Below are positions 25,599 to 36,406 of a stretch of 64,000 nucleotides of DNA, one piece after another. The notes under the pieces were generated by a model. The model was not told the DNA's origin, made no database searches, and saw only the letters and a list, made by a program, of their open reading frames with translations. The position numbers were made by a program, and so were the translations under genes. Origin of the DNA: Octopus vulgaris. Taxonomy: Eukaryota. The stretch lies in the NCBI GenBank assembly GCA_951406725.2, contig OX597815.1, forward strand, positions 70,556,001 through 70,620,000. The letters are read 5' to 3'. The first letter of the stretch is position 1. Every line of letters begins with the position of its first letter.

Positions 25599-27600
25599 TA
25601 TTTATTGCAAATGCACAAATGAGAAATATATTTAGTTTTAATTAATTTTAAGGTAATAAAATATTTATCTTCTCAAAATTAGAATTCAATTCATCATTTT
25701 TGTATAAGCACAAAGAAATTTGATAAGAAAAGAAGTTATAATTATTTAGGAGATGTCAGATTTACAAATTATTACCACGGTGGCAAAAGTATACTTCCAA
25801 AGTTACACGTCATATGCCGGGTAACACTCTAATGTTAAATATTACTGAAAAAGAAAATATAGATGCCGATCTGATGACTAATCGACAGTTACTCCTACAA
25901 TTTTAAATTTATACCAATAATTATTGGAGCATTTGAATACGTGACTAACAGGCTTTGCACCTGTCTTGAGAAGCTGCTACTTACAAAAGAACACGGCACG
26001 CCTAATGAAAACATTGCCGCTACAAGTTGTCACAGGCATTGTCAAAATATGTAAAACATTCATGAAGTTCAGTATGATTGTGATAGATCCACATACACAT
26101 TGAAGCACATGCCTGCACTAACAGATGCATTTGCATACATGTGTAGATGCATACCAGTGAGCATACATAGATACACAAATATGTACACGCAAATAAATAC
26201 ATACGTGCGTACATTTATACGTACACACACACATACATACATACACAGACACGCATATGACTGAACGTGAATATATGTAACACTTGTAGAATTTTCCCTC
26301 TCCCCTATCTTAATGCTTCTTATTTTCCCTTTTTCTTTTTCTCTTTTTTCCCCCTCTATCTTCTTTCTCCTAATTATTTTCCTACTCATCAATAAGCGCT
26401 CTCAACAGCATAAGGTTTCTTTTCCCAAGGACTCTCTCTCTTTGTCTCTCTCTCTCTCTCTCTCTCTCTCTCCCCGAGATACTCTAAAAGTAGGGGGTTT
26501 TTTTGTCTTGTTATACGTGATACCGGAAGTATTTATTGCTGTGACGTTTTTTGATTCGTTCCTTTTGGGGGAAGTCATCTACACCACCATCACCACCACC
26601 GCCGCCGCCGCCGCCACCACCACCACCAACAAGAACAACAACACTAACACCAATGACACCACCACCACCACATTAACTTCGTTCACCAAACTACTTAATT
26701 CACTGTCACAAACACTTGAGCAGTACTTCCTTTTTTTCTATCACTTAGGCATTTATTTCATCCTTCCTACCATTCGTACAATTTAGCAGACATGCATGCA
26801 TACATATATACATACGAACACTTATATTTGTATATATACGTGTATCATTGTGCATGTATATATATATGTATGTGTATATATCAGTGTATTTACTTGTTGC
26901 ATTCTATTTGTGCATTCATTTTTATGGCTCTCCGTATATCTACATTTATCATTCTTTTATACATACATGGCATTTCTATTCACACGCGCTCAGGCACGCA
27001 TGTGTGTGTATTTGTATGTGTGTGTGTATGTGTATGTGCGTGCGCCCGCGTGTGTAATCACTGTTAAAAGTGTTAAGATTAAATTAAGCATGAATGCCCA
27101 TGCAAAATAGCAATTCCTCTGCAAAATTTCAGGTCCAATAAAGCTAGCACGATACCTCATAGACACTCTGTTGGCATGATGAAAACAATATTAGCATCGT
27201 CACCTATATATATATATATATACAAAAGTCCAATTAAAGGTTAAAAACCTCATTAAGGGATAATAAAATCCATTGAATATACTGGTTTATTACCTATTAC
27301 AAAAAATATTGAATATTACAGTTAATATTCAGCTATAAGATAATTGGATAAACTGGGTTTATATATATATTTTTATCTATATTATCTCTACTTAATATAC
27401 GTACATATTCGTAATATAAGAGGGTGTTAAACCCTAAAAATCTATACTGAATTGATCAAATGAAAAATGAAAATAAACAAAATCCAATGGTTAAAATTTT
27501 CAAACAGCGTTCTATGAAGTAAAACATTTATCAGTTAGTGGATTTGCTCCCTACACACAACACACAATAATATGAAAATGTAAGGGTTATTCTTTTTCCA

Positions 27601-27681
27601 CCTCTGGTGGGATTCAACTTTAAAATGCTTTTAATTATACTAATTAATTTCAAATGTCTTGAATCGAAACAGCTGTCAGAG
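27601..27681 (+). ncRNA. Degenerate PLE-type hammerhead ribozyme motif
   Basis: CT-CTGGTGG (CUGAUGA with two A>G changes)-GATTCAA...TTGAATC (7-bp stem II)-GAAA-CAGCTG-TC-AG; palindromic stem III ACAGCTGT and a GUC site. Confidence 0.55.
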
Positions 27682-27731
27682 ATGATACCTAATTTTGTAA
27701 TTATTTATATTTAATTTAATTATCTCTATTT

Positions 27732-27820
<89 letters not shown>

Positions 27821-27904
27821 CTGTATCTATAAGGTACAGATTTTAGATATAAGTAAACATATACATACATAGAACAATATAAGCACAAATATACATGCAT
27901 ATTT

Positions 27905-27937
<33 letters not shown>

Positions 27938-28080
27938 TATATCTATATATATATATGGCGGTGCCCCAGCATGGCCACAGCTCATGAGCTGAAACTAGAA
28001 TCAATCAATCATATATTATCTATTACTTGTTTGTCATTAGACTGCGGTGTTGCTGGGGCACCGCCTTGAGGTGCAGATAT

Positions 28081-28915
28081 ATGATGATTATGATGATGAT
28101 TGCTTCATCTTGAGAGATAACCGTCCCATCAACACACACACACCACCCCATCACACAACACAATTGTTCCGTTGATAAGCCCTTAGATGACTTTTAATAC
28201 TATCTGCAGACTGACAAGTGATAGATATTATTCAAATTTCTTCTATATACATGCCCTTTGGAATCTGATTCTGAAGTATGTTTTTTGTGAACTTGCATAT
28301 GTCTCTAAAGTCCAAATATTGTCTTACAAGTTTTTTCACATAAGACACAAGTCGTAAGAGGCGGTTGGTGTACAAGATCATTACATATCTGGGCATTATG
28401 ATTTTCATATGGTTCACGTATCCTGCTTTTGATAACAGGACACGGCCACATATAATACATATCCAATGTTCACTGTTGATTACAGTTCTAATTGTTCCTT
28501 TGTGACAAGCCCTTTTAAGTTCAGAATGCTGAATCATCTTTTCCTCCCAGGCATTGTAACCAGTCCTAACAGCACCTCTCCACTTGTTCCGATCTAGAAC
28601 ATCATTTTCCCAATCACTTTTGTTCATATCTATTTTCTTCAGGTTTTCCTTCACATAGTCTTTATATCTTTTCCTCGGCTTATGTTGTGGCAGCTAACGA
28701 GAATTGAGCTCACCATAAAAAAAAAATGCTTTGGCAAACGCTTGTTTATCACTCTAATAACATGTCCAGTCCATCTCATTTGAGCCAAGATAACATGTTG
28801 TCCAATTGAGCTACAACGTGGCATTCCCACTTGACTCCTAAGATACGTCTGAGGCACTTTTGATGAAATCTCTCCAGCATTTTTATATGACGCTTGTAAG
28901 TGGTCCATGTCTCAC
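28081..28915 (-). mobile_element. RTE-like LINE 3' fragment with C-terminal C2H2-type fingers
   Basis: QMRWTGHVIRV..RLPK, WENDVLDRNKWR, CIICGRVLLSKAGYVNHMK, further Cys/His finger remnants and an (ATC)n tail. Confidence 0.82.
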
Positions 28916-28960
28916 TTAAATAAAGAATATGACTGAAACAAGTAAAAGAATAAAAGAATA

Positions 28961-29370
28961 TTTACTCTCTCTTTACTCTTTTACTTGTTTCAGTCATTTG
29001 ACTGCGGCCATGCTGGAGCACCGCCTTTAGTCGAGCAAATCGACCCCGGGACTTGTTCTTTGTAAACCCAGTACTTGTTCTATCGGTCTCTTTTGCCGAA
29101 CCGCTAAGTGACGGGGACGTAAACACACCAGCATCGGTCGTCAAGCAATGCTAGGGGGACAAACACAGACACACAAACATATACATATATATATATATAT
29201 ATATATACGACAGGCTTCTTTCAGTTTCCGTCTACCAAATCCACTCACAAGGTATTGGTCGGCCCGGGGCAATAGCAGAAGACACTTGCCCAAGATGCCA
29301 TGCAGTGGGACTGAACCCGGAACCATGTGGCTGGTTAGCAAGCTACTTACCACTCAGCCACTCCTGCGCC
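28961..29370 (-). mobile_element. Full-length CORE-like tRNA SINE
   Basis: Reverse complement of 22706-23150. Confidence 0.92.
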
Positions 29371-29520
29371 TGGAGAATATATATATTCTTTTATATAATC
29401 GACCCCAGGACATATTCTTTGTAAGCCTAGTACTTATTCTATCGGCGTCTTTAACCTAACTGCTAAGTTACGGGGATATAAACACACCAACATCGGTTGT
29501 CAAGCGATGGTGGTGGTGGT

Positions 29521-29854
29521 GGTGATCCTAACAGGACACCTTACATGCTAAAACGAACAGTCAAAGTCCAAACCACGGTTAAGAGGAATTTCAAAGGGGA
29601 TGAAAAATAAAAACATTTTCAATGTGGTGGATTTGAAACATTATAATGTATAAAGGTGAGACATGTGCTCTCTATTTGTCCCATAATTATACATTAATTA
29701 TTAGTGCATTTGCTGATGAAGAACACGGATAACAAATTATCTTATTTGTTCCTTTGCGACATGTTCCTTGCAAAACACCTTCGAAATTATTCTTGACCGT
29801 GGTTTTGAATTTGACTGTTCCTTTTAGCATGTAAGGTGTCCTGTTAGGGTCACC
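29521..29854. repeat. Inverted-repeat module with ~75-bp arms
   Basis: GGTGATCCTAACAGGACACCTTACATGCTAAAA... versus ...TTTTAGCATGTAAGGTGTCCTGTTAGGGTCACC. Confidence 0.9.
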
Positions 29855-29910
29855 TCTTTTGTGTATGAATGTGCACTAATTTTATATGAAAAATGTTGTC
29901 TCTAATTTCT

Positions 29911-29980
<70 letters not shown>

Positions 29981-29996
29981 ATGTTACATTACTCGG

Positions 29997-30070
29997 TAGT
30001 CAAGATAAAACTCTGAGTTTCAGATGCCGAAGTGGAAATCCACAACACCATCTCTTCGGTTATCTGGCTA
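29997..30070 (-). ncRNA. Type I hammerhead ribozyme, mirror copy
   Basis: Exact reverse complement of 31616-31689. Confidence 0.7.
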
Positions 30071-30691
30071 TTTGAAAACGTTATGAAAAAATACCGTTAA
30101 AAATGAAGGGAAATTACTCTGTTATAACTCTGCTTTGCCTGCGTACTTATACATCGCTCGCATTTTTCGTCATAAAAATTATATAAAAATACATAAAAAT
30201 ATATAAAAATATATAAAAATATATAAAATCTTCTTGGGACATAACACAGAAAGCATGTTCTATCCGTTTTCTTTAGGGGACCAAAAACGTAACAGAAATT
30301 TAGTCACATGTGGGCATGATCCGAAAAGCTCTGTCCTTGTATTTAGACATGTGGTAGGGTCTAAGCTGCTTTTCCAGATAAGCCATCTCTCCATGTCGCA
30401 TAAACCGCACCTTCCGCTGCCGTTAGTATAGGGCTTACATCTGGCCAAAATCTTCCATTGTATGTTATAATCGACACCTTTATCTCTTAAAGACCAAATA
30501 TGATTGGATAATTGTGTCGCTTTTCTTTTGTTCCAGTGCCTAAAGCTCAAAGTGTGGTTATTGAACCTGGCCTTGAAATTACCCTCTGTCAGGCCCACGT
30601 ATTTCTTCGTCGAAACGGTGTCTTTAGTGGTTATAGAGTTTACGGTAGCTTCATATATGATGGTCTTGGACATGCAAGACCATCATTTTTT

Positions 30692-31426
30692 AGCGAAAAA
30701 ATAAAATATACACCTATCACCAGCCCAACAATAAGGAAAAGGAATAATAGAAATAGGAAGGTCATCTGGTTTACGCCCCCTTACTCACCCGAGGTGGCCT
30801 TCAATATAGGTAAATATTTCCTAGCACTGATAGATAGACATTTTCCAGTTAACCATGCTTATAGGAAACTCTTCAATAGACACAATTTAAAAATTAGTTT
30901 TAGTTCAACTACCAATTTTAAAAACATAATCAATCATAACATACAAAAAACACAAGAAGAAAACAGCTGTTCATGCAGGAATAAAGAATTGTGCCCGCTA
31001 AATGGAGCTTGCATGTCCAAGACCATCATATATGAAGCTACCGTAAACTCTATAACCACTAAAGACACCGTTTCGACGAAGAAATACGTGGGCCTGACAG
31101 AGGGTAATTTCAAGGCCAGGTTCAATAACCACACTTTGAGCTTTAGGCACTGGAACAAAAGAAAAGCGACACAATTATCCAATCATATTTGGTCTTTAAG
31201 AGATAAAGGTGTCGATTATAACATACAATGGAAGATTTTGGCCAGATGTAAGCCCTATACTAACGGCAGCGGAAGGTGCGGTTTATGCGACATGGAGAGA
31301 TGGCTTATCTGGAAAAGCAGCTTAGACCCTACCACATGTCTAAATACAAGGACAGAGCTTTTCGGATCATGCCCACATGTGACTAAATTTCTGTTACGTT
31401 TTTGGTCCCCTAAAGAAAACGGATAG
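30692..31426 (+). CDS. PLE linker plus GIY-YIG endonuclease (partial, uninterrupted frame)
   Basis: RKVIWFTPPYS...LIDRHFP...KLFNRHNLKISFS, CSCRNKELCPLNGAC, IIYEA...YVGLTEGNFKARFNNH, CGLC, LNTRTEL..CPH. The ORF-track part upstream of ~30690 is only the antisense arm. Confidence 0.88.
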   Translation, partial: SEKIKYTPITSPTIRKRNNRNRKVIWFTPPYSPEVAFNIGKYFLALIDRHFPVNHAYRKLFNRHNLKISFSSTTNFKNIINHNIQKTQEENSCSCRNKELCPLNGACMSKTIIYEATVNSITTKDTVSTKKYVGLTEGNFKARFNNHTLSFRHWNKRKATQLSNHIWSLRDKGVDYNIQWKILARCKPYTNGSGRCGLCDMERWLIWKSSLDPTTCLNTRTELFGSCPHVTKFLLRFWSPKENG

Positions 31427-31615
31427 AACATGCTTTCTGTGTTATGTCCCAAGAAGATTTTATATATTTTTATATATTTTTATATATTTTTATGTATTTT
31501 TATATAATTTTTATGACGAAAAATGCGAGCGATGTATAAGTACGCAGGCAAAGCAGAGTTATAACAGAGTAATTTCCCTTCATTTTTAACGGTATTTTTT
31601 CATAACGTTTTCAAA

Positions 31616-31689
31616 TAGCCAGATAACCGAAGAGATGGTGTTGTGGATTTCCACTTCGGCATCTGAAACTCAGAGTTTTATCTTGACTA
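31616..31689 (+). ncRNA. Type I hammerhead ribozyme (variant core CCGAAGA) in PLE 3' region
   Basis: Stem I AGATAA/TTATCT, core CCGAAGA, stem II GGTGTTG/CGGCATC with inner GTGGA-TT-TCCAC, GAAA, stem III ACTC-A-GAGT, cleavage triplet GUU. Confidence 0.72.
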
Positions 31690-31779
31690 CCGAGTAATGT
31701 AACATATTGTATAGATAAATTTCCTCTATTTACATAATATTGAGGTCTCTTTCTTTCTTTTGTTATCTTACCGTTTTAT

Positions 31780-31816
<37 letters not shown>

Positions 31817-31858
31817 TAAGAAAGTTGGTATGTGAAAGCATGTGGTTGAATATATAGA

Positions 31859-32171
31859 AAATAGTAGAAAGTGAAAAAACTACAGAAGGCTTGTTTTAAA
31901 AGGTTAAAAAATATATATTTGAGTCAATATGTCTGAAGGAGGTTATAAATTTTTTTCATACAATGACATAGTATAGAAGAAATACAGGTTTCGCGTTCAG
32001 CTTTTCAAATTTCTCAAGAAATTTGAAAAGCTGAACGCGAAACCTGTATTTCTTCTATACTATGTCATTGTATGAAAAAATTTATAACCTCCTTCAGACA
32101 TATTGACTCAAATATATATTTTTTAACCTTTTAAAACAAGCCTTCTGTAGTTTTTTCACTTTTTACTATTT
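31859..32171. repeat. Near-perfect 313-bp palindrome between TA runs
   Basis: Arms of ~155 bp around a 2-nt centre (32015-32016). Confidence 0.96.
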
Positions 32172-32212
32172 GATATATATATATATATATATATATAAAG
32201 AAAGAAAATAAG

Positions 32213-32341
32213 TAACAAGGAAGTTCACGTATCAGTGCATTACACCGTTTCAAGCAGCTCCACTTAATCGATCAATGAAAATGGATTAAATGGAGCCGCT
32301 TGAAACGGCCGTAATACACTGATACCTGGACATCCTTGTTA
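32213..32341. repeat. Older imperfect inverted repeat with GAAACGGCCGTA hammerhead-like 3' half
   Basis: TAACAAGG...GTATCAGTG...CCGTTTCAAGCAGCTCCA versus TGGAGCCGCTTGAAACGG...CACTGATAC...CCTTGTTA. Confidence 0.8.
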
Positions 32342-32599
32342 TTTACTTGCTTTTTATTCACCTAACTTCGAGCTGCTTGGAATATACCGAACTGGCTTGG
32401 TACCTCAATTTAAGTGCCTAATTCAACTGAATCTTATATATCATTTATGTAAAATTTATATAAAATATAAATGAGTAATTACCATGAGTAATTACATGAG
32501 TAATTACAATAAACTGATACTCATACATCTTTGTTACTCATTTATATTTTACTCACCTACCCTGGAATCTGCACTTCGGAAGTATTTCGAAAGTATCTT

Positions 32600-34170
32600 T
32601 ATGTAAAGTACATGTCTTTGCGTAGGATGTGTGCTGTGCCCAGTAGTGCAATTTTCTGTATGTTATATATATTTGTAAGTCCTGGTAATTTTGTTATGTA
32701 TTTGTCTGAATATTTTTTTATCATACCTAATGCGCCTACTATGATAGGAATTGTTTCTGTTTTTAGATTCCACATTTGATTTACCTTTATTTCCAGGTCT
32801 TTGTATTTTGAAAGTTTCTCCATTTCTTTTAGAGAAACGTTGTCATCTGCTGGTATTGATACATCAATTAGAAAGCATTTTTTTCTTCATGATCTCTGAC
32901 AATTATATCTGGCCTATTGGCCTCAATTTCTCTATCTGTGTGTATTGGCATATTCCAGTGTATGGTTGCTTTCACATTTTCTGTGACCTTTTCTGGCGTG
33001 AGCCATACCATCTTTTTTCTGTTGTTATTCCATAGTGTTGGCATAGCTTCCAGTGTATGTAGGTCCCAACTCTGTCGTGTCTCTAAATATATTCCTTTTT
33101 AACCAGGACTGGGTAGCCAGAGATAATATGGTTTATTGTTTCTTGTCCATCTCCACATATTCTGCAGTTACTTGCTATGTTTCTTTTCATTATATATTTT
33201 TGGTAATTTCTGGTGGGGAGGCTTTGGTTTTGTGCTGCTATTAAAAATCCCTCCGGCTCGGCTTTGAGTCCTGTGCTTCTCAACCACTGCTGGGATTTTT
33301 CTCTGTCTATTTCTTTTGCATTTAGTTTAGTCCAGTATTTGCCATGAAGGGGCTTTTCTTGCCATCGTTTTATCATGGTCTGTTGCTGTTCTAGTTTTAG
33401 TTTGGATTTCATTTGTTTTATAGCTTTTGTTTCTTCTTCTTCTTCTTCTTCTTCTTCTTCTTCTTCTCCTTCTTCTTTTTCTTTTTCTTCTTCTTCTTCT
33501 TCTTCTTCTTCTTCTTCTTCTTCTTCTTCTTCTTCTTCTTCTTCATATTTGTTAGGTAGTATGATTTCTTGTTTGTATTTGTCAGCTTCCTTAAATGCTG
33601 AAAACAGTTGTTTTTTGCTCGTGTTTTGTGGCTATTTGTATCAGTTTACCTTGTTCTTCTGAAGTAGGTATTTTTGCAGTCCTATGGTGGTTATTTTATA
33701 ATAGTTTTCCAGCTGTATAATGCCTCTACCACCTTCTATACGTTGTATATCTAGCCTTTCTATGTCAGATTTTGGGTGGTGCATCCTAGATCCTGTCATT
33801 ATTTTTCTTGTTTTCCTGTCTATTTTGTTTAGTTCATTTAGTGTCCAGTTAAGGATATTGTAGCTGTAACTTATAACTGGGACGGATAAAGTGTTAATAC
33901 CTATTATCTTGTTTTTAGCATTGAGCTCTGTTTTTAGTATTGATCTAACTCGTCTATAGTATTCTTTCTTTATTTTCTCTTTCATTTGTGTGTGTTGTAT
34001 CATATCTAGTTCATGGATTCCTAAATATTTATATGTCTGGCTTTGGTCTAATTCTCTTATTACATTGGCTTTATCTAGTGTGATGTTACTACTCTTAACT
34101 AGTTTTCCTCTTCTCAGGGTTGCTTTGGCGCATTTTTCTAATCCAAATTTCATATATATTTCTTTGGTAA
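32600..34170 (-). mobile_element. R4/Dong-clade non-LTR retrotransposon (REL endonuclease), 5'-truncated
   Basis: MKFGLEKCA, YKYLGI, IDRKTRKIMT...HHPKSD..GGRG, KPLHGKY, FLIAAQNQSL, CRICGDGQETINHIISG, KLSKYKDL..W...PIIVGALG. Abuts (TAA)n at 34172-34226, the known Dong target. Confidence 0.92.
33431..33544. repeat. (TTC)n microsatellite inside the Dong ORF (poly-Glu on the coding strand)
   Basis: Direct inspection. Confidence 0.95.
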
Positions 34171-34227
<57 letters not shown>

Positions 34228-35579
34228 TACCTGTTTATTTTGATGACTTACATTAATAGAGAACAGTTCTTTTGATAGTAAGGAACGAAATTAATTTCTT
34301 TTGAGGATCCCTGGTCCCAGAAATTTATTAGAAATCCTTTTAGGCAAAATAGGCTTTTAAGAGTACACAAGTCGAAATATTTTATCGCCACAATGTACTG
34401 TTTTCGTGATATTCCGTGAGCATATAGTGAATTTTATTTTTATAAAGATTAGGCATTTTCTAAAACAGCATAAAAGAATATGTTCTATGAAAACAAACCA
34501 TTTTAGACATTGTTTTGACATATATTTCATATCAGCATCATCACCGGAAAAGTGAGTACAGTATACTGTTTCTCAATCAGTCTGTCTATTTATCTCTCTC
34601 TCTCTCTCTCGCCGTCTCTCTCTCTCTTTTCCTTTCTCCAACGAAAAGAAAAAGAGAAAAACAAAAAGAAAAGCTGAGTGAGTCAAGGAATTTTTTAAAA
34701 GCCACGTTATTTTAAAGTGAATGACATAAAGTAGAATTAATACGCTGTAGTTTGTATTTTACATATGATTCTGAAGTTGCTAACATGAAAACACACAAAA
34801 AGCTTGAATATAACGGAATGATTTATATATTACACATCATTTTGATGTTGCCAACATGAAAGTTTGAATATAATACAATTATATAATTCTGAAGCCGGGT
34901 TGGTGGCGCAAATGTCGATGTGTTCGCTGAAACCGGCCAGTACGCTGGCTGAGTATACATAACCAGCATGTTTATGAGCTAGTTCCTCAGAATGTTTGAC
35001 AATCCTTTGGCGCTCAAACTATTCTGTGCACAATACCAGCAATTTGAAGGAGACGAATACTTGAGTATATCGACTCTAAATAGATTAAAAGCAAGTTGAC
35101 TTTGGCAGCGCGATGGGCTAACGAATCTACCATCCTAGAAAAATAAATAACGGTTTCTTATTTTGAACACAAGACCTATAATTTTGAGGGAAGAGGAACA
35201 GTCAATGCCATCGAACCCAGAACTTGACTGGGCTGGATGGTGTTCACTCCGGGAGAGTGAAAGGAAACTGACTCTGGCGAAGAGCCGTAAGAAATACCGC
35301 AAGGCATTTTCCCGACGCTCTGACTATTCTGCCAATTCTCGCCTTCAGTAGTTTCTGATATAAGTACAAGGCGGCTTATTTTAACGGGCCCGACAGGATG
35401 AAAAGCAAGTTAGCCTCACAATAATATATCATTTGCTACAAAGGCAACGAAAGAAGAAGAAATGTTGCATAAGTAATTTTTAAAATGAAAATAATGTAGC
35501 AAATATGTTGAGTATACAAAAATCTCTTTTTAATAATTCATGGGGTGCATGCGGATCAGTGAGAATACAGACTATAACG

Positions 35580-35741
35580 CATCTATTCATTCTTACGTTG
35601 TGGCAGATTCGAAAGTGAATGTCTCATCGCTGTTCTTTTTCGACACCGGACAACGCGTCGACGCATTGTCTGGTGTCGGAAAAGAACAGCGATCAGACAT
35701 TTACGTTCGAATCTTCCACAGCGTTGTAAGAATGATAGATG
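35580..35741. repeat. Loopless imperfect palindrome centred on GTCGAC
   Basis: Arms of ~80 bp; the outer end is repeated again at 35823-35844. Confidence 0.9.
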
Positions 35742-36406
35742 ATGTGTTCATAATACGCGACTCAGCGAGGTGTCCTCTATTTTGAAGAAAAACTAGTGAT
35801 CAAACATCCTGTCACAAAGTATTAAGAATGAATAGATGCGTTATTAATGTCTATTTAATAATAGCCGATATAAATGTTTGTTGGTTGTTTCGGTGATTGG
35901 TAGATTCCTCCATTCACCGTATAGAGAGAGGGGTAGAGAAAGCAAAAGAGATACAGAGGGGTTTAACATATGAGATGCAGAATGGGCGTCTTGTAACTTT
36001 CTCAAAATAAAACATTTTTTAAAAGAAAATTTTGCAACGATAGGTTTTTGATGGAATAGATTGCGTTCATGTTGGCACAATTTAGAAAAATAACATATTT
36101 ATTGCAAATGTACAAATGAAAATTTTGTTTTTATTTTATTTTACTAATAATATTTTTCGTTTTAAAATTAGTATTCATTTCATCATTTTGTATAAGCACA
36201 AAACAAAATTGATAAAAGTTAGATTATAATTATTGTACGTATGCCATATTTCCTATTATTACTTACTGTGCAAAAGAATACTTCCAAACTTACTTGTGTT
36301 ATGACGGTTTTTCATATAACTATATTTGTCTATGTTGTTAAAAAAAATGTCACAGGCCCCTCTGAGTTCTTTATCTTATTTCATTTGTTTAAATTATCCA
36401 ACTTAC

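Larger units (their letters stand above)
29973..31782 (+). mobile_element. Young 5'-truncated Penelope-like element (Naiad/Neptune-like) with inverted pseudo-LTR, in (TA)n
   Basis: Arms 29973-30678 and 31008-31713 are reverse complements (706 bp, no mismatch seen). A ~70-bp 3' tail extends beyond the right arm, and both ends abut TA runs. Confidence 0.93.

Noticed and set aside
29713-29795. CTGATGA...CGAAA as a hammerhead
   Set aside because: Core hexamers are present, but stem I and stem III do not pair convincingly; at most a remnant.
30512-30690. N-terminal part of the 304-aa ORF
   Set aside because: Antisense read of the inverted arm fused in frame by chance; PLE similarity starts near 30692.
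30692-31560. Selenoprotein-type Naiad PLE (UGA at Cys positions plus SECIS)
   Set aside because: All conserved Cys codons here are TGT/TGC, and I could not see a SECIS fold after the stop.
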